A stretch of 64,000 bases of DNA from Gekko japonicus. Lineage: Eukaryota. The DNA lies in NCBI RefSeq assembly GCF_001447785.1, contig NW_015172014.1, forward strand, positions 268,868 through 332,867. Reading direction: 5' to 3'. Under the pieces are notes generated by a model. It had not been told where the DNA came from, did no database searches, and worked only from the letters and a program-made list of their open reading frames with translations. The position numbers and the translations under genes were made by a program. Numbering within the stretch: the first letter of the stretch is position 1; each line of letters starts with the position of its first letter. Positions 36,601 to 53,557 of the stretch are shown here, in pieces.

Positions 36601-39600
36601 TGTCTGGTATAGAGCTCTGAAGTGCCCAGAAATTTCAAAGCCGAATGTGAGCTCCTGGCCTTAAAGTTGTGAGTGAGCGATTTGGCTACTGCATAAATAA
36701 GTTGGCTCTGGAGCCATCCTCCAAGAGCTAAGACAAAAATGGGTGAGCCGGAGGCTAAGAAACTGTGAGCTAGCTCATGCTAACTCAGCTTAGAGGGAAC
36801 ACTGGCTGCAACGCTCCCTCTAAGCAGTGGGGTCTCGTGAGCAGAAATTCTACTTTGTTGAGCTACTGGCATTAAAGTTGAGAGCGAGCGATTTGGCTGC
36901 TGCATCAATTAGTTTGCTCCGGAGCCCTCCTTCCTCGTGAAGCTATACTGGCCAAACCAGCCATCCGTCCTCAAGGTCAGAACAGTCAGCTCCGACTGTC
37001 AGCGGCTCTCCAGGGTCCCAGGCAGAGGTCTTCCCCATCACCTGCTGCCTAGTCCTTTTAGCTGGAGATGCCGGGGACTGAACCTGGGAAACAAACCACA
37101 GCCCATGAAGCCGCCTCATACTGAATCAGGCCCTCCGTCCACCAAAGCCAGTATTACCGACTCAGACTGGCAGCAGCTCTCGAGGGTCTCAGACTGAGGT
37201 CTTTCCCATCACCTCCTGTCTGGTCCTTTTTACCTGGAGATGCCGGGGATTGAACCTGGGACCTTCTGCATGCCAAGCAGATGCTCTGCCACTGAGCCAC
37301 GGCCCCTCCCAAGCACTGCCATTGAAGTTGCAGAGGACAGGTCAGCGGGAGGGAGAGAGAGACCCTTGTCTGGCATAGAGCTCTGAAGGGCCCAGAAATT
37401 TCAAAGCCATGGAGAAAACCAGGGAATGTGAGCTCCTGGCATTAATGTTGTGAGCGAGCGATTTGGCTACTGCATAAATAAGTTTGCTCTGGAGCCATCC
37501 TCCAAGAGCTAAGACAAAAATGGGTGAGCCGGAGGCTAAGAAACTGTGAGCTAGCTCATGCTAACTCAGCTTAGAGGGAACACTGGCTGCAACGCTCCCT
37601 CTAAGCAGTGGGGTCTCGTGAGCAGAAATTCTACTTTGTTGAGCTACTGGCATTAAAGTTGAGAGCGAGCGATTTGGCTGCTGCATCAATTAGTTTGCTC
37701 CGGAGCCCTCCTTCCTGAGCTGAGACAGAAATCTGTCAGCTGGAGGCTAAAAAACTGTGAGCTAGCTCACACTCACTCAGCTTAGGGGGAACACTGGTGA
37801 GGGGAACTGAAATACATCCCGTAATGTGAGTCTTGGCCCAGAGCCTGAGTACCCTGTTTCCTGCCGCCTCCCTGTATTCCAGTTTGTGGTCTTCGGGTTG
37901 CCTGCCTGGCATCAGCTGTTCCGTGCCTTTTGCACTGTGACCAGTGCCCTATAGAAGGGGCTCTGCCAGGGAGGAGATGGGGCACGCAGTGGGCACTGCA
38001 AGGCTGTTCTGCTTGCCCAGGCCTTTTGCTGCGAGGTGGGCATGCTTTGGGGGGGTGGGGCTCGTGTGGGGCATCCTTGCAATTTTCAAATTTTGAATTG
38101 GTCAGCTGCCTGGAGCTATGGGGAAAGCAGGGAATAAATAAGCAGACCATGTGATTTCTGGCAGCGCATAAAATCGTACTGTTTTGGCCTATGTGCGGAA
38201 TGTGGCCGTATAAGTCAGCCTTTGTTCTCTAGAAGCAATTTTTGCTTATATTTTTGTTTCCTATAAACAAAACAGACAAAAAACAGATATAAACCAGTGT
38301 CTGAGAAGACACAAAACTGCCAGGCCCACTGCGACCTAAAAGCGGAACTAAACGGCTGTAGGAGAGAGTATTATTTGGACAGAAACAGACGCACTGAGTT
38401 TAGCAGCGTATTTGGACGCATTTACATTTACAAACAACCTGTAATGGGTATAAACTGTGGACCCAGGAGGGCTGGCGGCTCAGTGGTAGGGCGTCTGCTT
38501 GGTATGCGGAAGATCCCCCCGTTCAGTGACTGCCTGAAGCTGCCTTATCCAGAAACCAGGACACTGGTCCCTCAAGGTCAGTCTGGTCTACTCAGACTGG
38601 CCGCGGCTCCCCAGGGTCTCTTGCAGAGAAAGTTCTTTCAGGTCACCTCCCGCCTGGTCGTTTTCACCGAGATGCCGTGGATCGAACCCGGGACCTTCTG
38701 CAGGCCGAGCAGAGGCTCTGCCATGGAGTCACGGCCCAATCCCCGGCATCTCTTGTTACGAGGACCAAGCAGTCGGTGATGGGAAGGACCTTTCTCTGCC
38801 CGAGACCCTGGAGAGCCGCTGCCAGTCTGAGTGGACGGTCCTGGTTTTGATAGACGTGGGGTCTAGTGGAGTGCCAGGCAGCCCCATGGTATCCCACATG
38901 TAACATGTACTTGGGCATATGCTGTCTCTGTCTGCGGCAAGACACAGGGACTATGATTCCCTAATGTTGGCCTGACATACAGGTGTTCACACTACCAATA
39001 GGAGCTGCGGTGGCTCAAGTGGTTAAGACGCTGAACTGCAGGCTGTGGAAGGTCAGCAGTTCGAGATCCGGGTACCGCATGATGGAGTGAGCTCCCATCT
39101 CTAGTTCCAGCTCCTGCCAGCCTAGCAGTTCGAAAGCAAGAAATTGCAAGTAGATAAATAGGTACCACTTCGGTGGGAAGGTAACAGCGTTCCGTGCNNN
39201 NNNNNNNNNNNNNNNNNNNNNNNNNNNNNNNNNNNNNNNNNNNNNNNNNNNNNNNNNNNNNNNNNNNNNNNNNNNNNNNNNNNNNNNNNNNNNNNNNNNN
39301 NNNNNNNNNNNNNNNNNNNNNNNNNNNNNNNNNNNNNNNNNNNNNNNNNNNNNNNNNNNNNNNNNNNNNNNNNNNNNNNNNNNNNNNNNNNNNNNNNNNN
39401 NNNNNNNNNNNNNNNNNNNNNNNNNNNNNNNNNNNNNNNNNNNNNNNNNNNNNNNNNNNNNNNNNNNNNNNNNNNNNNNNNNNNNNNNNNNNNNNNNNNN
39501 NNNNNNNNNNNNNNNNNNNNNNNNNNNNNNNNNNNNNNNNNNNNNNNNNNNNNNNNNNNNNNNNNNNNNNNNNNNNNNNNNNNNNNNNNNNNNNNNNNNN

Positions 39601-41946
39601 NNNNNNNNNNNNNNNNNNNNNNNNNNNNNNNNNNNNNNNNNNNNNNNNNNNNNNNNNNNNNNNNNNNNNNNNNNNNNNNNNNNNNNNNNNNNNNNNNNNN
39701 NNNNNNNNNNNNNNNNNNNNNNNNNNNNNNNNNNNNNNNNNNNNNNNNNNNNNNNNNNNNNNNNNNNNNNNNNGGGAGCTTCACCTGCCAATTAGGTTGC
39801 TTTTGGAGTACTGAGAAGAGTCCAGGAGCACCTGACAGACTACCCAAATTTGTGGCAGGGGATGAGCTGTCAGGAGTCACTGCTCACCAAAGGTGACTCA
39901 CGAAAGCTCCCTACCCTGCCACAGATTTTGTTAGTCTTTAAGGCGCTACTGGACTCTGGCTCTTGTCAGTTGGGCTGTACCACTTTATGTGGAGGGCTCC
40001 GTTTCCTGTGTTGCGAGAAAATGCGCTGTGTGGAGGAGCAGTGGGATTGGAGGGGCAAGGCCCCCCTCCCTAAAGTAGTGTGTCCCCCAGTGAGAACAAG
40101 GCCAGGCGCAAAAGAACAGAGTGACGGCCAGTGTTCCCTCTAAGCTGAGTTAGTGCTCACAGTTTTTTAGCCTCTAGCTCACAGATTTTTTGTCTTAGCT
40201 CAGGAAGGAGGGCTCCAGAGCAAACTAATGTATGCAGCAGCCAAATCTCTTGCTCATAACTTCGATGCCTGTAGCTCACAAAGTAGAATTTTTGCTCACA
40301 AGACTCCACAGCTTAGAGGGAACATTGGTGACGGCTAACGCTCGCGTGTTGCTCGACAGATAACGCCATCCCCATCAAGTCCTGGTTCAGCGACCCCGGC
40401 GACACGGCTCTCCTCAATCTGCTCCCCATGCTTGATGCCTTGAGGTAAGGCCGGGGTGTGTGCCGGGGTGTGTGTGCCACCGGGCCCGGTGTAGTTGTGT
40501 GTGCTAATCAAAACAAAGAGCGAGACCCTGTGGCACTGATCCGTCGGTCAGGTCCCTTTTTAGACACACCTTTCTGGCAAGGCGCTCAGAGTCACGTATG
40601 TGGTTCTCCGCTGATTGTGTCCTCACAACAACCCTGTGAGGTGGGTTCCCCCGAGAAAGAGAGTGACTGGCCTGCTCACCTTTGGAGGCCTTGCTCTGGT
40701 TGCCCCCCCTGCCATCGGAAGCTAGATGGATGGCAGCCCCAGAAAAGACCTTCTCGGTCATGGCCCCTCAACTCCCTCTGTCAGTGTCTTTTGCTGGCAG
40801 GTGAACACTTTTCTGCTTGTCTGCCATACCCTCAATAATGGTTCCTGGCCCCACTTCTAGTGCTGTTAACTGAATCATTTTATAATGTCTAAATGTACTT
40901 TTAATTGCACAAATATTTAAATCTTTTTATGGCATCCTTTCCTAGGCCCACACCAGCACCAGCTGGGTCCAGACCAACCCCCTGCAGCTTTCCTTGTCCC
41001 CTCCTGAGCCTGGCCAGTGTACTTTGTGCTTCCTTGTGGACCCTGCTTGGGGGGGCGAGTCAACATAGAATCATAGAATGTTAGAGTTGGAAGGGACCTT
41101 ATGGGTCATCTAGTCCAACCCCCTGCACTCTGCAGGAGCAGAGCCGAAAGAGAGCCCTACAACATACCCGAAAGATGGTCGTCCAGCCTCCGCTTGAAAG
41201 CGTCCAGCGAAGGAGCCTCCACCACCTCCCGAGGCAGCCTGTTTTAAATAATAAATTGGTCACCCAGGGAGCTTCATGGCTGTGTGGGGATTCGAATCTT
41301 GCTCTCCCAGATCCTTGCTCGCTCCAACTCCTACACCACACCGGCTTTCTGTCGGTTATCGGATTTCAGACACTTTGCTTGGGCAAAATACTCTCCTGCA
41401 AAGGGACTCCCGCCCCTCGTCTTCACCAGGAGGAAGCCGAGAGGTGCCAATTCAGTTCTTCCAAGTCATAGCAAGGTTTTTATGGAATCATCTGTTGAAC
41501 GGCTGAGCTTTTCCTCTGGCTTACTGTGTGGCATTTAAGACATTTTTATGCTGCTGTTCCACCCAGCCGGGGTCCAAAAGGCGCTGAAACATTAGAACAG
41601 TTGAACGGTTAAAAGTATAAAATAATTCGATTAGAAACACAAACAAGGCCAGAGGGAGGGCCAGTCACCATTGCTGGAGGGACGCCAACCGAAGCAAAAA
41701 AGTGTTCGCCACTGGCAGAAGGCACCGATAGGAGGCAGACAGATCTCCCTTGGGAGGGAGGGAGTTCCAAGGCTGGTCCAGGGCAGATAGCAAACTAGAA
41801 CTCTGTGGTGGTGGTGGGGGGGGGAGGGATAAACAAAGGCGGTCGCCCTGGGAGCGCGGCACTCACTCTTCATCCCTCGCTCCAGGTTCACAGCGGACGT
41901 CCGGTCGGTGCTCAGTCGGAACCTGCACCAGCATCGCCTTTGGTGA
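27622..41946 (+). CDS. CTDNEP1: CTD nuclear envelope phosphatase 1 (Dullard), exons 2-8: join(27622-27688, 28490-28608, 30636-30707, 35009-35125, 35493-35604, 40360-40444, 41886-41946)
   Basis: [35 protein letters not shown] (HAD DxDxT motif)..[69 protein letters not shown]; near-identical to the recalled human protein; all GT-AG. Confidence 0.97.
27797..28434. mobile_element. hAT MITE family A interrupted by a LINE 3' fragment with (AATA)n tail (~27984-28410)
   Basis: TSD ctgggctc/ctggcctc; MITE resumes after the tail. Confidence 0.75.
28490..28608 (+). CDS. CTDNEP1: CTDNEP1 exon 3 (catalytic DLDET)
   Basis: ggcag| ... |gtgaga; [39 protein letters not shown]. Confidence 0.97.
29192..29380 (+). 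mobile_element. Second tRNA-derived SINE family (GCAGAAGGTCCCAGGTTCAATCC head); copies at ~28724-28870, 36126-36540(-), 36936-37310(-), 38530-38870, 48200-48315
   Basis: B box GGTTCAATCC and shared body AAAGGACCAGG..GGTGATG..GAGAGCC. Confidence 0.7.
29390..30240 (-). mobile_element. Probable L1/Tx1-like 3' fragment, interrupted by a SINE, with a ~110-bp internal tandem duplication (29824-30043)
   Basis: Poly-T start on the + strand; minus-strand ORF ending [10 protein letters not shown]. Confidence 0.45.
30636..30707 (+). CDS. CTDNEP1: CTDNEP1 exon 4
   Basis: tccag| ... |gtaagc; [24 protein letters not shown]. Confidence 0.97.
31936..32141. mobile_element. hAT MITE family A
   Basis: TSD atttcgat/atttagat. 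Confidence 0.85.
34118..34535. mobile_element. hAT MITE related to family B (TIR CAGGGCT), four TATGCTAATGA subterminal repeats
   Basis: TSD gtccttgt/ctccttgt. Confidence 0.72.
34686..34844. mobile_element. Palindromic Penelope-like terminal fragment; similar hairpins at ~21675-21810, 22025-22200, 39817-39957, 47578-47702
   Basis: AGAGTCCAGTCGC..TTAAAGGCTAACAAAA / TTTTGCTAGCCTTTAAGGTGCGACTGGACTCT inverted arms; degenerate CTGAAGA..GAAA motif. Confidence 0.65.
35009..35125 (+). CDS. CTDNEP1: CTDNEP1 exon 5
   Basis: cccag| ... |gtaggc; [39 protein letters not shown]. Confidence 0.97.
35493..35604 (+). CDS. CTDNEP1: CTDNEP1 exon 6
   Basis: (CT)n ccag| ... |gtaggg; [37 protein letters not shown]. 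Confidence 0.97.
35807..36011. mobile_element. hAT MITE family A
   Basis: TIRs and shared body. Confidence 0.8.
36126..37717 (+). repeat. ~0.8-kb tandem duplication of a SINE-SINE-MITE-MITE block
   Basis: 36126-36935 repeated from 36936 with small indels. Confidence 0.9.
40129..40327. mobile_element. hAT MITE family A, 32 nt upstream of CTDNEP1 exon 7
   Basis: Perfect TSD gtgacggc. Confidence 0.88.
40360..40444 (+). CDS. CTDNEP1: CTDNEP1 exon 7
   Basis: gacag| ... |gtaagg; [27 protein letters not shown]. Confidence 0.96.
41886..41946 (+). CDS. CTDNEP1: CTDNEP1 exon 8 (coding part)
   Basis: tccag|; [19 protein letters not shown]. Confidence 0.96.
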
Positions 41947-43659
41947 CGGCGGCTCCTCCTTTCTTCAGGGTTTGGCCCTCGACCTCTGCCTTATCCCGCC
42001 ATCGTGCCCGCCCGCCCCACCCTTGCCACTCGGACTCTGGCAGCCGTGTTTGGACTCAGCGCAGCGGCTGGGAAGGGACTTGGCGTGAGCCGGCCTCCCC
42101 CGGCGTCAGCCCACGGGCACCCGCTTCCACTCCCGCCTGTGTGTGCCCCCGCCCGGCACACCGTCCGCGCGTCGGCCGGCGGGGTGGACTCTGGCAGAGA
42201 TCCTGGGGGGAGGGGGGCACCGGCACTGTTGGCGCGACTCCAGCTGCTTTGGAGGCAGACGGGCAAGAAAGGGGGTGAAACAAGCCAGACGCACCCCGGA
42301 GTGCGACGGACACTTTGAGACGAGGCTGCGTTTCTCATTTTAAAGACCTAGCTCCCTGTACAAAGAGCTTCCTTCTCTGGCCTTTTTTTTCCTCCCTCTC
42401 TTTGGCCTTTCCAGATGAAAAGACAGCAAGCCCCCCCCCCTCTCATAAGGGCTTCTTAGATAGTCGGGCTTAACTGATCACGAACTGATAGATGAGGCTT
42501 GTCCCACCGTCCCGGTCTGGACTTGAGGATTTGACTCCTTGGGTGGACCTTTCTTGCGGGGTGGGGGGNNNNNNNNNNNNNNNNNNNNNNNNNNNNNNNN
42601 NNNNNNNNNNNNNNNNNNGGGCACTGAAAATTCATTTCCAGGAATTCCCCTTGCCAGGTCAGCAGTAGGATTATTCAGCAGGCTTGACTGCATAGTATAA
42701 TTAATGAATATATTTATACTCCCCCCCCCCCCGGTCCAGCTACAGTACATGGGGAAAGGGGGCTTTAATCCTCCAGGTCCCCCTTCCAGTGGTTGGGGAG
42801 GTGAGAGTCAAGCCAAGTGCCCGGCTTGGGGTGGGATGGGGGGAGAGGGGTGGAACGGTCAGCGTTTCGGGAACAGGGTAAGGGGTTCAGTGAGGTTGGA
42901 GCGATGCAGTGTGAGAGGAGAGGTCTGTCCATCTCTGCCTCTCCTATAGGTGCAGGGGGGAGGGTAAAGGGAGGGCAAAAGTGAGAAGCTGCTCTGGACC
43001 CCCTCCCCCAGTACACTTCAGCTGCTGTGGTCAGTGTGCCAGCTTTATGGGGGGGGGGGGGTTTTACTTCCTATTGCTTGGAGCCAAACCAAGCTGCAGG
43101 CAGGTGTCAGAAGCAGGGACGGGTTCACTGCGTGGGCCTGAAGTGTTTGCGGGGGTGGGTAAGGGCAGAGCTCCGGTCGTGGGCGAAGCAGGTATGGACC
43201 AGCAGGTTCTGCTCCAACCCCTCTGCGCTACTGGCACCATGCAAGAAAAGTGCCTCTTCTTTCTGGCTTCTGGGTACCAGACGCAGCAGCAGAGAAGTTT
43301 GGTTCTTTTCTGCTCCCCTGTTTCCAAGGTGTGTGTATGGGGGGGCGGGGTGTGTGTTTCATGTGCAAGAGCAGAGGAAGGTCATAGGGGTGGCCCTGAT
43401 GAGCCCTGTCCCTTTCCGGTCCTGGCTGGCTGCTTGCTCAGGATACGTGTCCCCATCTGGGGCTGGGCCCGAGCCTGTTTCTGACCCCTTCCCCCCCCCC
43501 TTAGTCTTTCTCCGTGGGGTCGCTCGAAGTTCCTGCTTTTCCATCGTTCGTGCCTGGGCTGTGAGGCGGATCTCCCCCCTTCCCAAGAGGAGCATGCAGC
43601 CCTGAGGAAAGCCCGTTCACCACTGGATCACTACTAGCCCACCCGGCAGGGTTGTTGTG

Positions 43660-50208
<6,549 letters not shown>

Positions 50209-50718
50209 GGCTTGCCTTCACCTGCCACCACCACCGGGACGGCCCGTGCTCCTTAAGGGACCTGCACTTTTTTTTGTTGTTTGTTGTTGATTTTATGTTC
50301 AAGAGCCTTTTGACCCAGGACTGGGGAGGATTGTGGTTTTTTTCCCCCCTTATCTTTTCTTTCTGGAGTGCCCCTTCCCACCCTTTTTAAACCGCCCCCC
50401 CCTTCTGTTATGACTACTCATACTTCTCTCTCCCTTAATCCCGATGCTGTGCCCTGGGCTTTCTGTTGAAGTGGTAGTGGGATTGCGGCTACAAAAATAT
50501 ACCTCTCTTCTCCCGCATTCTTTCTGTCTTCCCACCCCATTTTTCACGTTTTTTGGGGGGAGGGGTTAGGGGGGGTCTCAGATTCTCAACAACAAAAGAA
50601 ATCCTCCCCCGTTTCAAACTCTCAGCTCCACTACCATGCCCTGAATTTGCTCTTATCTGGGGGTTGTACTCTGCCTGGCACTTTCTGTAACCAGAGCAGG
50701 GGATGGAGAATGCTAATA

Positions 50719-50724
50719 ATTAAA
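50719..50724 (+). terminator. GABARAP polyadenylation signal ATTAAA
   Basis: Common variant hexamer ~510 nt after the stop, followed by an A-rich stretch. Confidence 0.55.
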
Positions 50725-52039
50725 ACGGAAAAAAAAAACCTTAAGAAGAAACTTGAGCCTCTAGGGAAGTTCTTTGCACTGCTTGACGAGGGATGCTTCC
50801 TAATATCAGCTGCAAGTTATCAATCCTTATTTTTTGATGTTTAGGGAAATGAACCCTAGCATCTGGTGGTTGGGTTGTTGAATTAGGTGGGGGGTCAGTT
50901 TGGGAAGGTGGGCTGGCAGAAAGGGTAGTAGGAAAAGGTCCTTGGGGTTAGGGGAAAACCCCCCAAAACAGGCCTGGGTGTTCTGTGCAGACCTGACACC
51001 CAAGACCAGAGCCAGCATGGTGTAGTGGTTAAGAACGGCGGGCTCTAATCTGGAGAACCGGGTCCGATTCCGCATTCCCCCACATGACGCCAGCTGGGTG
51101 ACCTTGGGCCAGTCACAGCTCTCTCAGCCCCCGAAAATAAGTCTAACTTGCCACTAAAAGACCTAGAACTTAAGGCTGCCAGACAATCTTAGGATCTCCT
51201 GGCTATTCTACACACAATGCCATATGATGATTATTATTATTATGCAAGACATGGGCTGGAGCGGTGTGCAAACAAGCAGTTATTGGATGCAGGGAAGGGT
51301 GGCTCTGGATCCTCAGTCAGAAAGGGGGGAGGGAGGTGTGGGTCCCTCTCCGTGGAAGAAGATGGCCAAGCGATGCCTCTCAGGCTCCTGAGGTGGGAGT
51401 CCCTGTGCTGGGAATGAGCCAGGGTGATGGGAATGGGTCACCACTGCTGGGCTGGGAGGACAGAGGTGGATTCCTCAAGGCCAGCAAGAGCACCTCACTG
51501 GGTCTGGAGAGGCTGGCCTTGCTGCCTTCTGGAGGGACACAACCGTTGGGGTTGCCCGGGATCCGGTCTCGGGCGCCTGGAAAGCTGGCACCCTTGGTCA
51601 GATGCAGACCGGCCTTGGTGCGGATGGTGGTGCCTCCCCCTGACTGCTGGGCAGCTTCTGCCTGGACGTAGAATCAACTTGTCCTTGGGAGGGGAGACCC
51701 TTCTAGTGATTTCCTGCTGCTTTGGTTTCCTGGAGGGAAAGACTCCGGCTCCCCCTCTAAAGCGAGAGTCTGTCTTTTCTCTTGGACGTGAGTTAGGAGG
51801 CCATGGGCAAGGCCAGCCGTTTCCTGCTGTGAGGAGGGCACCTGTGGCCTTGGGACTTTCCAAGTCTTTCCTCGCGCTTAAGCCCTGTGAATAGAGCCTG
51901 CCGGAAAGGGGGACGAGGGGAACTGCCTCTTGAAGGGGGGGGAGAGGGTGGTGTCCATACGGCCCCCACCAGGCAGGGCGAGCGAGAGGTTTGCAAGTTA
52001 ACTCGTCGCTCCTCCCACCCCTCTGCGAGACTGAACAGC

Positions 52040-52475
52040 CAGCGTTGCACAACCGCGCAAGCGTCCATGACCGCTTCCGTTAACTCCTTCTTAGAAGACT
52101 ACGACTCCCGGGATCCTCGAGTTCAGCCCTTTCGCATTCCGGCCGGTGAGAACTACAGCGCCCAGCGTGCCCTCCTTCCCATTTCCCTCGGAGCGGAAGT
52201 GAGAGCAACAAAGGGGGAGGAGTCGTTTGTGTGCCCGCGCAGCCTGCCGGGACCCGTAGTGCGGCCGGGCCGGCCCCCTCGGCGCGCTCTGCGGCGGGGA
52301 GGACTCCATGTCCCGAGAAGCCTGGCGGCGGGGCGGGGCCAGGCGCTCTGAGCGAGCCTGGAGGGAGGGGGGAGCAAGGGAGCGAGCGAGCTCGGGCTGG
52401 ACTCGAGTCGGCTCGGGCGGCACCGGACTGAGCGAGGGGAGGAGAGCCGAGCGGCCGGGCGAGGGAGCGAGCGGG
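52040..52475 (+). promoter_or_regulatory. PHF23 CpG-island promoter with ACTAC-n3-TCCC-like (ZNF143/SBS-type) motifs and ETS GCGGAAGTG
   Basis: CpG-rich region upstream of the N gap that precedes the first visible PHF23 exon. Confidence 0.7.
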
Positions 52476-53464
52476 NNNNNNNNNNNNNNNNNNNNNNNNN
52501 NNNNNNNNNNNNNNNNNNNNNNNNNNNNNNNNNNNNNNNNNNNNNNNNNNNNNNNNNNNNNNNNNNNNNNNNNNNNNNNNNNNNNNNNNNNNNNNNNNNN
52601 NNNNNNNNNNNNNNNNNNNNNNNNNNNNNNNNNNNNNNNNNNNNNNNNNNNNNNNNNNNNNNNNNNNNNNNNNNNNNNNNNNNNNNNNNNNNNNNNNNNN
52701 NNNNNNNNNNNNNNNNNNNNNNNNNNNNNNNNNNNNNNNNNNNNNNNNNNNNNNNNNNNNNNNNNNNNNNNNNNNNNNNNNNNNNNNNNNNNNNNNNNNN
52801 NNNNNNNNNNNNNNNNNNNNNNNNNNNNNNNNNNNNNNNNNNNNNNNNNNNNNNNNNNNNNNNNNNNNNNNNNNNNNNNNNNNNNNNNNNNNNNNNNNNN
52901 NNNNNNNNNNNNNNNNNNNNNNNNNNNNNNNNNNNNNNNNNNNNNNNNNNNNNNNNNNNNNNNNNNNNNNNNNNNNNNNNNNNNNNNNNNNNNNNNNNNN
53001 NNNNNNNNNNNNNNNNNNNNNNNNNNNNNNNNNNNNNNNNNNNNNNNNNNNNNNNNNNNNNNNNNNNNNNNNNNNNNNNNNNNNNNNNNNNNNNNNNNNN
53101 NNNNNNNNNNNNNNNNNNNNNNNNNNNNNNNNNNNNNNNNNNNNNNNNNNNNNNNNNNNNNNNNNNNNNNNNNNNNNNNNNNNNNNNNNNNNNNNNNNNN
53201 NNNNNNNNNNNNNNNNNNNNNNNNNNNNNNNNNNNNNNNNNNNNNNNNNNNNNNNNNNNNNNNNNNNNNNNNNNNNNNNNNNNNNNNNNNNNNNNNNNNN
53301 NNNNNNNNNNNNNNNNNNNNNNNNNNNNNNNNNNNNNNNNNNNNNNNNNNNNNNNNNNNNNNNNNNNNNNNNNNNNNNNNNNGGGGGGGGAGAGGAGAGG
53401 AGGAACCCGGCGGCCGGAGCTCAGTGGCCTCTGCACGCACACACCACCCCGCCTGCTTTTGCAG

Positions 53465-53557
53465 CCTCCCGAGAAGCGGCGCCGGACGATTGAGGATTTC
53501 AACAAATTCTGCAGCTTCGTCCTGGCCTACGCCGGCTACATCCCGGCCGCCAAGGAG
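53465..53557 (+). CDS. PHF23: PHF23 coding exon ([31 protein letters not shown])
   Basis: tgcag| ... |gtgagt; 93 nt. Confidence 0.93.
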
